Source: Chloroflexota bacterium (GTDB lineage: Bacteria > Chloroflexota > UBA5177). Taken from it: DNA of 64,000 nucleotides. Shown here in pieces: positions 39,239-49,216 of this stretch; the first letter of the stretch is position 1, and each line of letters opens with the position of its first letter. Both the position numbers and the translations under genes were made by a program. The stretch covers positions 14,628 through 78,627 of the forward strand of contig JBPCMQ010000009.1 in assembly GCA_051002135.1 (NCBI GenBank). Direction: 5' to 3'. The notes below the pieces were generated by a model. The model saw only the letters and a list, made by a program, of their open reading frames with translations. It was not told the DNA's origin and ran no database searches.

Positions 39239-40407
39239 CGTGGGACCGGATCCCCCGGGCCCTCGCGCGGAAAGCCGTGCGGCGGATTGTGATCTTCCGC
39301 GCTCTGTATCTCGGGGACATGATTCTGGCGTCGCCGGCATTCCGGGCAATTCGCGCGGGCTACCCGGATGCGGAGATAACACTGATTGGCTTGCCCTGGG
39401 CCGCCGAGTTCGCACGTCGGTTCCGATGCGAGATCGATCGATTTCTGGAGTTCCCGGGGTATCCCGGACTGAAAGAGATCGAGGTCGATCACGAGAGAAT
39501 GACGCTCTTTTTGCAGGAGCAGCGACGCTACGACTATGACCTTGCGCTGCAGATGCACGGCAGTGGACGCATCAGCAATCGATTCATCGCGGAGCTTGGC
39601 GCGCGCTTCACGGTTGGGTACTTCGAAGGCGAGGGGCCGTCGTACTTGACGATCGCGTCGCCGTATCCGGATGGGGAGTCAGAGATCGATCGCAATCTTG
39701 GACTGGCACGCCTGCTCGGGTGTCCGGAGGCGGGCAAGAAGCTTGCGTTCCCACTCTTTGCGGAAGACCGGGAGGAGGCGGATCGGCATTTGTCGCGTCT
39801 GGAAGACGGACGGCCTGAAGGCCTGAGCTACGCAGGTCGGGAAGACGGACGGCCTGAAGGCCTGCGCCACGGAGGATGGCGAGAGGGACCGCGCAACCGT
39901 CTCCGGATTGGCATACATCCGGGGTCGCGGGCGTCGAGCAGGCGTTGGCCGCCCGAGCGCTTTGCCGCTGTCGCGGACCATTTCGCACGTCGACATCGGG
40001 CGATCATCGTTTTGACGGGCGGGAGAGATGACCAGGAGACGTGCCGGGCCGTGGAAACGAACATGTGGTCCGTCGCGGTCAACCTGGCGGGCAAGACGTC
40101 ACTGGGAGGACTCGCGGCCGTCGTTGAACGGCTCGATCTCTTCGTTAGCAACGACACGGGTCCGGCTCACATCGCCGGCGCCGTCGACACACCAAGCGTG
40201 CGCATCTTCGGCCCGGCTGATCCGGAACGATGGGCGCCGCTCAATCAGGACTGGCACCGGGTTGTCCGCCGTCCGGTGGCCTGCAGCCCCTGTTCCCACG
40301 TCGAGTGTCCGATCGACCACCGGTGCATGCTCTGGATTTCAACCGATACGGTCGTGCGGGCCTCGGAAGAGCTGCTATTTGAGGGAGCCGCGGCGTGCAA
40401 CGCCTGA
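39235..40407 (+). CDS. Glycosyltransferase family 9 with in-frame repeat insertion
   Basis: RALYLGD, HPGSR..SRRW, SNDTGPAH, CSPCSHVECP. Confidence 0.9.
   Translation: MTWDRIPRALARKAVRRIVIFRALYLGDMILASPAFRAIRAGYPDAEITLIGLPWAAEFARRFRCEIDRFLEFPGYPGLKEIEVDHERMTLFLQEQRRYDYDLALQMHGSGRISNRFIAELGARFTVGYFEGEGPSYLTIASPYPDGESEIDRNLGLARLLGCPEAGKKLAFPLFAEDREEADRHLSRLEDGRPEGLSYAGREDGRPEGLRHGGWREGPRNRLRIGIHPGSRASSRRWPPERFAAVADHFARRHRAIIVLTGGRDDQETCRAVETNMWSVAVNLAGKTSLGGLAAVVERLDLFVSNDTGPAHIAGAVDTPSVRIFGPADPERWAPLNQDWHRVVRRPVACSPCSHVECPIDHRCMLWISTDTVVRASEELLFEGAAACNA
39801..39871 (-). repeat. Tandem 39-bp-period GTAG-type REP-like units inside the GT9 gene
   Basis: GGAAGACGGACGGCCTGAAGGCCTG is identical at 39801 and 39840; reverse complement of copy 1 begins GTAGCTCAGGCCTTCAGGCC. 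Confidence 0.75.
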
Positions 40408-41435
40408 ACATTCTCATCTGGCACATCCACGGCAGCTATCTTAACGCACTCGCACGCATCGAACACAATTGGTACCTGCCGACCAGGCCGGGACTTCCCG
40501 AGGGGTATGGGGGGCGTGGCCGAACCTTCGATATGCCCGATTATGTCCGCGAAATTCCAAGCGAACGTGTTCGCGACCTGGATCTCGATCTGGTGATCTA
40601 CCAGACTCCCAAAAACTTCCATCAGGACGCGGCAGAGATCTTAAGTGAGCGGCAGCGCGCGCTGCCATCCATCTATCTCGAGCACAACACGCCGAAGGAC
40701 AGCGCGTTTGATGAGCGTCATAGTGTCGACGATTCATGCACATTGCTCGTCCACGTCACGCACTACAACCGTCTGATGTGGGACACAGGCGTGACGCCCA
40801 CCGTCGTTGTCGAGCACAGTGTCGCCATCGATCCGTCGATCCGCTATGTCGGGGACCTGGATCGGGGGATCACGGTTGTAAACGGCATGCAGAAGCGACG
40901 GCGCATTGCGGGATACGACCTATTCCTACAGGCACGCGATCGCGTGCCGCTGGATGTCGTGGGTATGGAGACCCAATCGTTCGGCGGCTTGGGGGACGTG
41001 CCTTACCGAGATCTGCATCGTTGCATGGCGCAGTACAGGTTCCTATTCAGTCCGATTCGCTATACGAGCCTGCCTCTAGCGGTTATCGAGGCGATGACCA
41101 TCGGGATGCCGGTCGTGGCTCTGGCGACCACGGAGCTGCCGGCGGTGATTGAAGATGGCGCGTCCGGCTTCGTCTCATGTGATCTGGAACGGCTTATCGG
41201 TCACATGCAACGGCTGCGAAGAGATCGGGAGGAGGCACATCGACTCGGAGCGCGCGCCCGCGCGGTAGCTCTCGGGCGCTTTGGAATGAATCGCTTCACT
41301 CGCGAGTGGAATAGCGCCTTTGCGCAAGCAATCGAGCTGCGAGGAGGCCCTCAACTCCACAACTTGAAACCTCTTACGGCCGCGGCCGCCTTCAGGAGGG
41401 ACGCCGCGGATTCTCACGAGGACCGTGATGCTTGA
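40395..41435 (+). CDS. Glycosyltransferase (GT4-like)
   Basis: WHIHGSY, YLEHNTP, PIRYTSLPLAVIEAM..GMPVV. Confidence 0.85.
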   Translation: MQRLNILIWHIHGSYLNALARIEHNWYLPTRPGLPEGYGGRGRTFDMPDYVREIPSERVRDLDLDLVIYQTPKNFHQDAAEILSERQRALPSIYLEHNTPKDSAFDERHSVDDSCTLLVHVTHYNRLMWDTGVTPTVVVEHSVAIDPSIRYVGDLDRGITVVNGMQKRRRIAGYDLFLQARDRVPLDVVGMETQSFGGLGDVPYRDLHRCMAQYRFLFSPIRYTSLPLAVIEAMTIGMPVVALATTELPAVIEDGASGFVSCDLERLIGHMQRLRRDREEAHRLGARARAVALGRFGMNRFTREWNSAFAQAIELRGGPQLHNLKPLTAAAAFRRDAADSHEDRDA

Positions 41436-42717
41436 CTCCATCCGCATTGCGTTTCTCAGCGAGCACGCGAGTCCCCTCTCGCTGCTCGGTGGCGTCGACG
41501 CCGGAGGTCAGAACGTGTACGTGGACGAGGTCAGCCGCAACCTGGGGACTCTCGGTCACACCGTCGACGTTTTCACGCGGCGGGACAACCCGGATGTGCC
41601 GGACATCGTGCAGTGGTCGCCAGGTGTGCGCATCGTCCACATCGCCGCCGGCCCGCCCGAATTCATTCCCAAAGACGACGTATGGCCGCTCATGCCGGCT
41701 TTTCGCGATGGGATCGCCGCCTTTATGCTCCGGAATGCCCGAACCTACGACGTGATCCACTCAAACTTTTGGATGTCCGGGTGGGTTGCTGCCCAGCTGA
41801 AGCCGCTGCTTCGCGTGCCTGTTATCCACATCTTTCATGCCATGGGGTTGACGAAGCGGCGGCATCAGGGCAGCTCTGACACCAGTCCGGGAGAGCGCAT
41901 GACGGTCGAACGCGAAGTCATAGCGCGCGTCGACGCTTTGATCGCTCAATGTCCCGCCGAAGAGCACGAGCTTATTGACGATTACGCCGCCGAAGCCGGC
42001 AAGGTGGCGTTGATACCCTCCGCGGTGAATGTCGATACGTACCGGCCGATACAGCAAGCGGAGGCACGCCACGCTCTGGGCATCAACCCCGATGTGCCAC
42101 TTGTCGTATACGTTGGCAGAATGCTCCCGCGCAAGGATGTGCGCAACGTCATCCGTGCTGTCGCTCTCATGGTCGAACGCGAGGACGTGCCGGTTGAACT
42201 TTTACTCGTCGGCGGGGAATCCGCCGAGCCCGACCCGGTCCTCACTCCTGAGATCGGCGTCTTGCGCAGCCTCGCGCGAGACCTAGGCATCCCTGACCGC
42301 GTGCGTTTCACGGGGAAGCGGCAGCCGGATGTCCTGTGCTACTACTACAGTGCCGCCGACGTCGTTGTGACCACCCCGTGGTACGAACCCTTCGGGTTGA
42401 CGCCGCTCGAGGCCATGGCCTGCGGTCGCCCGGTTGTCGGCTCCGCCGTCGGGGGCATCACCTTCACCATCGCGGACGGCGAGACGGGCTACCTCGTCCC
42501 ACCCCGGGATCCGGAGGCGCTTGCGGATCGATTGCGCTTCTTGCTGATTCATCGCGATATGTGCCGTCTCATGGGAGGTCGGGCGCGCGCTCGGATCGAG
42601 GAAGAGTTCACGTGGGTGCGTGCAGCCCGGAACACGACGGCTTTGTATCGACAGGTGCTCGGGGCCCAGGAGATTGAATCGCATGCCGTGAGCACGGCCT
42701 GCGGTGGAGGGTCGTGA
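41425..42717 (+). CDS. Glycosyltransferase family 4 (MshA-like)
   Basis: SEHASPL..LGGVDAGGQNVYV, HSNFWMSG, PWYEPFGLTPLEAMACG. Confidence 0.9.
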   Translation: MMLDSIRIAFLSEHASPLSLLGGVDAGGQNVYVDEVSRNLGTLGHTVDVFTRRDNPDVPDIVQWSPGVRIVHIAAGPPEFIPKDDVWPLMPAFRDGIAAFMLRNARTYDVIHSNFWMSGWVAAQLKPLLRVPVIHIFHAMGLTKRRHQGSSDTSPGERMTVEREVIARVDALIAQCPAEEHELIDDYAAEAGKVALIPSAVNVDTYRPIQQAEARHALGINPDVPLVVYVGRMLPRKDVRNVIRAVALMVEREDVPVELLLVGGESAEPDPVLTPEIGVLRSLARDLGIPDRVRFTGKRQPDVLCYYYSAADVVVTTPWYEPFGLTPLEAMACGRPVVGSAVGGITFTIADGETGYLVPPRDPEALADRLRFLLIHRDMCRLMGGRARARIEEEFTWVRAARNTTALYRQVLGAQEIESHAVSTACGGGS

Positions 42718-43591
42718 GTTGCCGACGGTAGATGTACTGATACCGACGTATCGCCGTCAAACCGGCCTGGCGGTGGTATTGACGAGCCTTCTTGGACAGA
42801 CGTATTCCGACTTCGATGTGGTCATTGCGGATCAGACAGAAGGATGCTCCCCGTTGGAGAGCGCTGAGATACAGACATTGATTCGTGCCCTTCGTTGGCG
42901 TGGTCATCACGTTTCGCTCCATGCCCACAGGCGTCGAAACGGACTGGCGGAGCAGCGGCACTTTCTCCTGGAGCAGAGCCGAGCTCAGTACGTCCATTTC
43001 CTGGACGATGATGTCCTGCTCGACCCGCCGGTGTTGAGCCGCATGCTGGGAGTACTGAAGTCCGAGGGTTGTGGGTTTGTGGGGTGCGCCGCGACCGGCC
43101 TTGAGTACCTTCACGACGTGCGTCCGCAGCAACAGAACATCGAGATGTGGGAGGGACCGGTGCATCCGGAGCCTTTCAATCCATCTGCTTTACCCTGGGA
43201 GCGGCACTTGGTGAACAATGCTGCCAATCCACTCCATCTCGAGCAGCGCCTCGAGCTGGGCGAGGTGGTTCGATACAAGGTCGTCTGGGTCGGAGGCGCC
43301 AACGTGCTGTACGACGGGGAAAAGCTTCGAAGCATCGGAGGCTTCTCCTGGTGGGACCGCCTGCCTCGCGAGCACGCGGGTGAGGAGGTCGTGGCCCAGT
43401 TCCTCCTTATACGGAAGTACGGAGGCTGCGGCATTCTACCGAGCGGCACGTACCACCTTGGACTGCCGACAAACGTACCCGATCGTCAAAGAAACGCGAT
43501 CGATCTGTTTGGCGAGCTGATTGAGGAGTTCGATGCGTATCCCACGCGGCCGGTGAAGCGTGCGGTCGCGGAGGCCATGCAAAGGAAGTAG
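42704..43591 (+). CDS. Glycosyltransferase family 2
   Basis: DVLIPTY, FLDDDV, HAGEE. Confidence 0.85.
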   Translation: MEGRELPTVDVLIPTYRRQTGLAVVLTSLLGQTYSDFDVVIADQTEGCSPLESAEIQTLIRALRWRGHHVSLHAHRRRNGLAEQRHFLLEQSRAQYVHFLDDDVLLDPPVLSRMLGVLKSEGCGFVGCAATGLEYLHDVRPQQQNIEMWEGPVHPEPFNPSALPWERHLVNNAANPLHLEQRLELGEVVRYKVVWVGGANVLYDGEKLRSIGGFSWWDRLPREHAGEEVVAQFLLIRKYGGCGILPSGTYHLGLPTNVPDRQRNAIDLFGELIEEFDAYPTRPVKRAVAEAMQRK

Positions 43592-43593
43592 CG

Positions 43594-44337
43594 GTGGACG
43601 ACAGAGGACTAGAGGGCAAAGGGGTTGTGGTCACGGGAGCCGGCAGTGGCTTGGGCGAGGCAACGGCCCAAGCCTTCGCGCACGCCGGAGCGTCGGTTGC
43701 CTGTTTCGACATCAATTGGGAGGCGGCGGAGCGTGTCGCCCGCACGTTGTCGAACCAGGGCAGCCAGAGTCTTGGCCGCGGCGTCGACGTCGGCGACGCT
43801 CAACAGGTCTTCAGCGCAATCGAGGAGGTTGCCGGGCAATTCGGTCGTCTCGATGTCGCCGTGAACAACGCGGCAATTGACCACACGTTGTCGGTCGAAG
43901 AAATGACGGTCAAGCAGTGGGATCAGGTCATCGCGGTCAATCTTCGTGGCCCTTTTCTGGTGGCCAAGGCGGCCTTTCCCATCATGGCTCAGCAAAAACA
44001 TGGGCATATCGTCAATGTGGCCTCAACGGCGGCGAAGAGGGCGTGGGCCAACGCGGCCGCGTACCATGCCTCCAAATGGGGGCTGGTCGGCTTCTCACGC
44101 GGCCTGGGCGTGGAAGGCCGGCCGCATGGCATCCGTGTCACGACCGTCATTCCAGGGGGCATGCGCACCCATTTTTTCGATCGCTTCGTGGAACAGGGCA
44201 TCCCAATGCCTGAGATGGACGACCTGCAAGATCCCTCCACCGTGGCGCGAGTCATCCTGCACGCGGTGCGGATGCCGCCCGAGTCGGTGATACAGGAAGT
44301 ATTGGTGACGCCTCTGACGGAAACGAGCTGGCCGTGA
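43594..44337 (+). CDS. Short-chain dehydrogenase/reductase
   Basis: TGAGSGLG, NNAA, YHASK. Confidence 0.92.
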   Translation: MDDRGLEGKGVVVTGAGSGLGEATAQAFAHAGASVACFDINWEAAERVARTLSNQGSQSLGRGVDVGDAQQVFSAIEEVAGQFGRLDVAVNNAAIDHTLSVEEMTVKQWDQVIAVNLRGPFLVAKAAFPIMAQQKHGHIVNVASTAAKRAWANAAAYHASKWGLVGFSRGLGVEGRPHGIRVTTVIPGGMRTHFFDRFVEQGIPMPEMDDLQDPSTVARVILHAVRMPPESVIQEVLVTPLTETSWP

Positions 44338-44531
44338 TCATCGCCGCACGTGGCGGCTCACAGCCTCTGCGTGGCGCTGCGTGAGAGGCTGCGAGCGGAC
44401 TCTGGGTGCACCGAGGAGATCGGCGCGGGCGTAAAGGAGCGCGTCTTTCTAGACATCGCCCTGTAGCGGCGGGCATGGGTCTTGCAGGGTATTGAGTGAG
44501 TCAACCCCCATTCAAACGAGGAGAATCAACC

Positions 44532-45089
44532 ATGCTGGATCTTTCCAACGTCCGCGTCGCGGTCATCGCGACGGACGGCTTTGAAGAGACGGAGCTGACG
44601 GAGCCAGTCAAGGCCCTCCGCGACGCAGGCGCGACGGTGGATATCATTGCCCCTAAGGGCGGGCAAATTCAGGCTTTTCGTCATCAGGACAAGGGGACGA
44701 AAGTCGAGGTTTCGCGGACGCTGGATGAAGCGCGGCCCGATGAGTACGATGCGCTGCAGCTACCGGGCGGAGCGCTCAACGCCGACCAGCTCAGGGTCGT
44801 TCCGCAAGTGCGGAACTTCATCAAGGCGTTCGAGCAGGCGGGCAAACCCATCGCCTTCATCTGCCACGCTCCGTGGGAACTGGTGTCCGCGGGCCTGGTA
44901 CGGGGACGCACCCTCACAAGCTATTACACCATCCAGGACGACATTCGCAATGCGGGTGGCAACTGGGTCGACCAGGAGGTGTGTGTGGACGGGAACTGGG
45001 TGACCAGCAGACAGCCCGACGACCTCCCGGCCTTCAATCGGGAGATGCTCAGCCTGTTTGCCAAGGTTCCCGCGGGAGTTGGTCGCTAG
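44532..45089 (+). CDS. PfpI/DJ-1 family (type 1 glutamine amidotransferase-like) protein
   Basis: DGFEETEL, LPGG, ICHAPW, VTSRQPDDLPAF; GAGGAG RBS. Confidence 0.93.
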   Translation: MLDLSNVRVAVIATDGFEETELTEPVKALRDAGATVDIIAPKGGQIQAFRHQDKGTKVEVSRTLDEARPDEYDALQLPGGALNADQLRVVPQVRNFIKAFEQAGKPIAFICHAPWELVSAGLVRGRTLTSYYTIQDDIRNAGGNWVDQEVCVDGNWVTSRQPDDLPAFNREMLSLFAKVPAGVGR

Positions 45090-45132
45090 GAGATGAGCGG
45101 CTCTACCGTCCGCGCGGTAGCGACTGATTAGA

Positions 45133-45168
45133 CGAGAGGGCGGCCGCTGTGGCCACCCTCTCGCGTTT
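45133..45168 (+). terminator. Putative terminator hairpin
   Basis: CGAGAGGG-CGGCC...GGCCA-CCCTCTCG followed by a short T run. Confidence 0.5.
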
Positions 45169-45209
45169 GCACGTTGCCAGGTGGTGCAGGCGCCGGTAGA
45201 ATTCGCGGC

Positions 45210-46160
45210 ATGGAGACGCCCACCATTCGCCCGTCTCGACCGGAGGATGACGCCCACATCGTCGCCACGGTCAACGCTCTCAATCCGGACTGGCCACCAC
45301 TAACAGTCCAGGCCCTGCGCTTTGGCCGCGGTCTGCAACCTGAGGACGCCAACCTAGGGTCCTTCGTCGCCATCCACTGTGACCGTGTCATCGGCGACGT
45401 GCTCTGGGTGCGGGTGACACACGTACCAGAACAGCGCGCCTATTGGTGCACGATCCGGGTGCATCCGTCGTGCTGGGGTAAGGGCGCAGGAAGTGCATTG
45501 TACGCGCATATGCTTTCTCAGGTCGGCGCCGACGGCGCCAACCTGCTATACGCCGGATATCGGGAGGATCACACCACGGCACGGCACTTTCTGCAACGCA
45601 GAGATTTTCTTCCCACCGGGTACATCAACCGGCAAGCGCGGCTGACGGTGTGTGAGGCGCGATTAGAGATGGCGCAAAAGGCCAATCTTCGTCTATGCGG
45701 AGAAGGCGTTCGAGTTGCGACGCTGGCTGAGCTCGGCCCGCGGGACGAGACCCTCTTGAGATCCGCTCATCGTCTCGACGAGGAGGCCTCGGCGGACGTT
45801 CCCAGCTCGGAAAAGTGGTCGTCGAAGTCGTTTGAGGAGTGGCGCCGTCAGATCCTCGACGATCCGGCATCGGGGCCCAGCCTGTGCTGGCTGGCCCTTG
45901 AGGGAGATCGAGTCGTGGGTCTGGCGCAGCTCTTGCGGCGAGGAAGTGAGAACGGGTTCACCGCGGTGGGTCGCGGCTATCGAGGTCGCGGAATTGCACA
46001 GGCGCTCAAGTTTCACCAGATTGAATGGGCACAACGCCACGGCGTCGCCTTCATCATCACGGGAAACGATGCCGCAAATGGGCCAATGGTGAAGGTCAAC
46101 GAGGCCCTGGGCTATCGTCCGCTTCCGGCTGTGATCGAGATGGTCAAAGAGCTCACGTAG
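45210..46160 (+). CDS. Tandem GNAT acetyltransferase
   Basis: Two acetyl-CoA motifs: VHPSCWGKGAG and TAVGRGYRGRGIA; NxxMxxVNxxLGY. Confidence 0.88.
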   Translation: METPTIRPSRPEDDAHIVATVNALNPDWPPLTVQALRFGRGLQPEDANLGSFVAIHCDRVIGDVLWVRVTHVPEQRAYWCTIRVHPSCWGKGAGSALYAHMLSQVGADGANLLYAGYREDHTTARHFLQRRDFLPTGYINRQARLTVCEARLEMAQKANLRLCGEGVRVATLAELGPRDETLLRSAHRLDEEASADVPSSEKWSSKSFEEWRRQILDDPASGPSLCWLALEGDRVVGLAQLLRRGSENGFTAVGRGYRGRGIAQALKFHQIEWAQRHGVAFIITGNDAANGPMVKVNEALGYRPLPAVIEMVKELT

Positions 46161-46242
46161 GTCTGCCGGACACAGCGATTGTCGCTGCCACAACAACGTT
46201 ACGGTCACGGACTGACCAATGCCGTGCGTGGTGCCCTGAGAC

Positions 46243-46534
46243 ATGGTCGCGTCTCGAACTTCCCCGACCTGCCCGGTATGGATCACAAACGTCGAGACGG
46301 ACGGCGATGATTTGCCCCGCGACACCGGCATTTTCATGGACGAGTCGCAAGGGGGGAAAAAGGTCCTGCTGTTCGCGGGACCAAACCGGCTCCGGCTCAC
46401 CCCCTCTCGTCATAGTCTGGAAGGGTCACAAGAAGGCCGGTTGTGACGTTATCTATGTGGCCGGCGAAGATGTGGCCGCGCGGACGAGGGAAGCGAAGGG
46501 AGCCTGCATTTACCTTCGCGAACTACCTGCATGA
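46243..46534 (+). CDS. Hypothetical protein, apparently frameshifted at a C5 run near 46400
   Basis: Removing one C joins KKVLLFAGPNRLRLT to PLVIVWKGHKKAGCDVIYVAGEDV...RELPA. Confidence 0.35.
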
Positions 46535-46710
46535 GGGCTTGGGATCGACGGTCAAGGTCGTGAACACGGCCGGAAGCGTGATCAACCCACTCCGTCATCG
46601 AGATGGCAAAATATGACGTACCAGTCCCTCCAATCTTCTCCGAAGCACGCATCGCGTTGTAGTATATTTGTCCTAACAAGCACACCGCACATGAGAGATG
46701 GAGGTATCGG

Positions 46711-47622
46711 CTGACAAGTTTCACCGTCCGAGAAGTTCGATGCAAGACGATCATCAACCGCGTGCACGGGATGCCTTTCGCGTGGAGCATCAATCCGTAC
46801 CGCGGATGCCGGCATGCCTGCGTGTACTGCTACGCGCGACCGACGCACGAGTACCTCGACCTGAATGGGGCCGAACAATTTCAGGAGGTGATCCTGGCCA
46901 AGGTCAATGCGCCGGAAGCCGCGCGTGCGGAGCTCTCTCGCCTCTCGTGGCGTGGAGACAACGTGGTGATAGGAACGGCCACCGATCCCTACCAACAAGC
47001 TGAGTCGCGATATCGCATCACTCGGGGGATTCTCGAGGCGTTTCGCGACTTCCGAAATCCAGTCAGCATCACCACCAAGTCTCCCATGGTGCTGCGTGAC
47101 CTGGACATCCTGTCCGAGCTGGCCCGGCAGGCGGAGGTGACAGTTCACTTCACGGTAACGACACTCGACGAGACGCTGTGGCACAAGATCGAGCCGACGA
47201 CGGCGAAGCCGCGTAAGCGGCTGGAGGCGATGCGCGCGCTGCGCGAGCATGGAATCCGATCCGGTGTGTTCCTCAGTCCGATTCTTCCCGGGTTGACGGA
47301 TGCACCCGAACAGCTGGAGGAGGTCATTGCCGCCGCTGCCGATCACGGCGCCGATTTCGTCTTCGGCTCTGTTCTGCGGCTGGGTCCTGGGATCAGCGAG
47401 TATTACCTCCCGTTTCTCGAGCGCGAGTTTCCCGAGTTAGCGTCGAGGTACAAGGTGCTCTACGCGCACAATTACGCTCCCGGAGGTTACGTGGAGCTGG
47501 TCGAGGGCAAGGTGAAAGCTTTGAAACGGCAATATGGGCTGGCAGACCGTCCCTCGTCTCGCAAGGCGAGGCCGATGCCGGTCTTAGCGAGTCAGTTAGG
47601 GTTATTCGACGCCGCTGGCTGA
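46711..47622 (+). CDS. Radical SAM protein, Rv2578c/SPL-like DNA-repair family
   Basis: SINPYRGCRHACVYCYARPTHEY, GTATDPYQ, ITTKS, C-terminal QLGLF clamp-binding-like motif; probable CTG start after GGAGG. Confidence 0.92.
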   Translation: MTSFTVREVRCKTIINRVHGMPFAWSINPYRGCRHACVYCYARPTHEYLDLNGAEQFQEVILAKVNAPEAARAELSRLSWRGDNVVIGTATDPYQQAESRYRITRGILEAFRDFRNPVSITTKSPMVLRDLDILSELARQAEVTVHFTVTTLDETLWHKIEPTTAKPRKRLEAMRALREHGIRSGVFLSPILPGLTDAPEQLEEVIAAAADHGADFVFGSVLRLGPGISEYYLPFLEREFPELASRYKVLYAHNYAPGGYVELVEGKVKALKRQYGLADRPSSRKARPMPVLASQLGLFDAAG

Positions 47623-47669
47623 GTTTTCGTGGCATCCGGCGAGTTGATCGACCGACTTTGGACCGCAAT

Positions 47670-48776
47670 TTACCGATGTGCGAGGCCGGCCGGCCCATCC
47701 TCCAGCACGTCTTCATACAGCCGCATCGTCTGCTGCGCGGCGGCATCCCATGTGGGTAATCGGGCCTGGCAATCGTGGGGAGAGGCGGCTGCCTGCTCGA
47801 TGACTCTCGCAAGCTCGCCCGGTGAGGAGAGCGGACTGAGCAGGCGTACAGCAGACGCTCCCGTCATCTCCTTGATCTCCCGGTGAGCAGGAATGTCTGA
47901 GGCTACGACGGCGGAGCCGGCCGCCACGGCTTCGACCAATGTCATGCCAAACGCTTCGGCTTCGGACATGCTGATATACACGGATGCCGTACGATACCAG
48001 CGGCAAAGGTTCTCCTCGGACACGCTTCCCAGGAACGTCACACGGTTGCCGGCACCCAAGCCTTGAGACACGCGTCGCAGGCTCGGAAGCGCGGGTCCAT
48101 CTCCTACGATGGCGAGAGAGTATGCGGGCGGCAGCAGCGCGAGTGCCTCGATCGCAAGATGCACGTTTTTGTATCGTTTGAGCCTTCCAACCGTGAGCAG
48201 CACGGTCCCTGAATGATTGAACGGGGAGGACTTCCGGAACGGCTCCGGGTCGACGCCGTTGGGGATGACCGTCATTCGATCGGCCGCATGAGGAAAGTCG
48301 CGGCGTACCAACCCCGCCTCATACCCGGAGACACAGACGACGCGCGAAGATCGTGTGAACAACAGGCGGCCCACGGATCGATACGGGGCGTGGAGCGGGC
48401 GTCCAAGGGTGCGATGGCCGGCCCCGTGATAGTGCGGCGTCAATACGAGAGGGCAGCGCCGGGCGAGGAGTGCCCCTGGTGACGACAATGCGTGATAGTT
48501 GTGCACGTGAATCAGATCGTACTCACCGCTTCTGGAAGCCAGATATCTCCACAGTGCCGGAGAGAATGAGTACGGCTGCCACCAGAGGGGCACGATGAAT
48601 CTTCGCACCGTCACCCCGTCGATGGTCGACGTGGTCGCAAGAGTTCGATCCCGCAGCTCCGTCAGCACCTCGACCACGTGTCCAGCCGCCGCGACTCGGG
48701 ACGCTATGTTGGCGACATGCGTTTCGACCCCACCGCGCGAGGGAAGGTAATGCGAGCAAACGTATCCAATCCTCAT
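47670..48776 (-). CDS. Glycosyltransferase family 4
   Basis: GGVETHV, IPNGVD, VGRL..YK, EAFGMTLVEA, SDIP. Confidence 0.92.
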   Translation of the reverse strand: MRIGYVCSHYLPSRGGVETHVANIASRVAAAGHVVEVLTELRDRTLATTSTIDGVTVRRFIVPLWWQPYSFSPALWRYLASRSGEYDLIHVHNYHALSSPGALLARRCPLVLTPHYHGAGHRTLGRPLHAPYRSVGRLLFTRSSRVVCVSGYEAGLVRRDFPHAADRMTVIPNGVDPEPFRKSSPFNHSGTVLLTVGRLKRYKNVHLAIEALALLPPAYSLAIVGDGPALPSLRRVSQGLGAGNRVTFLGSVSEENLCRWYRTASVYISMSEAEAFGMTLVEAVAAGSAVVASDIPAHREIKEMTGASAVRLLSPLSSPGELARVIEQAAASPHDCQARLPTWDAAAQQTMRLYEDVLEDGPAGLAHR

Positions 48777-48795
48777 GCCCGCCGCGATGCGGAGT

Positions 48796-49125
48796 TCACA
48801 GAGGCTCGCGCGGCCGAAACGAGACCCCGGTCCACGGGTTCGACCTCTCCGTGACCGCCTGGTGCATGAAATCCCAGGCTTTTGCGAGATCCTCCTCGCC
48901 CTGATGTTCGTGGAGCCAGTCGGTCAGCCGGCTCGCCTCGGTGAACGCCTCCTCACGACTCTCCAGAAGGGGACCATCGATCCCTGCTACATATGCTTGA
49001 CGTTCGTGATCCCACGTAGCGAGTGTCACCAGCCATGCGCTCTGCTCATCCGACACGGCAGGCACCACCAAAACGCCGTATCGGGCCCGCCCACCTGCTA
49101 TCGATCTGCTATCGTCCGGACTCAT
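48796..49125 (-). CDS. Hypothetical protein
   Basis: GAGGAG RBS; co-oriented between topoisomerase IB and GT4. Confidence 0.65.
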   Translation of the reverse strand: MSPDDSRSIAGGRARYGVLVVPAVSDEQSAWLVTLATWDHERQAYVAGIDGPLLESREEAFTEASRLTDWLHEHQGEEDLAKAWDFMHQAVTERSNPWTGVSFRPREPL

Positions 49126-49216
49126 GATCGCTCCTCAAACCCGGCCTTCCGACTTCAAAACAGTAAACGTTCATGCCTGAATCGTACCCGCTTTGACACG
49201 GGGGGCCGCGCAGGAG

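Noticed and set aside
39801-39871. CRISPR array
   Set aside because: Only two units with 14-nt gaps, inside a coding frame, and no cas genes.
41425-42717. True mshA (mycothiol synthesis)
   Set aside because: MshA-like motifs are present, but the heptose operon context points to a different GT4 role.
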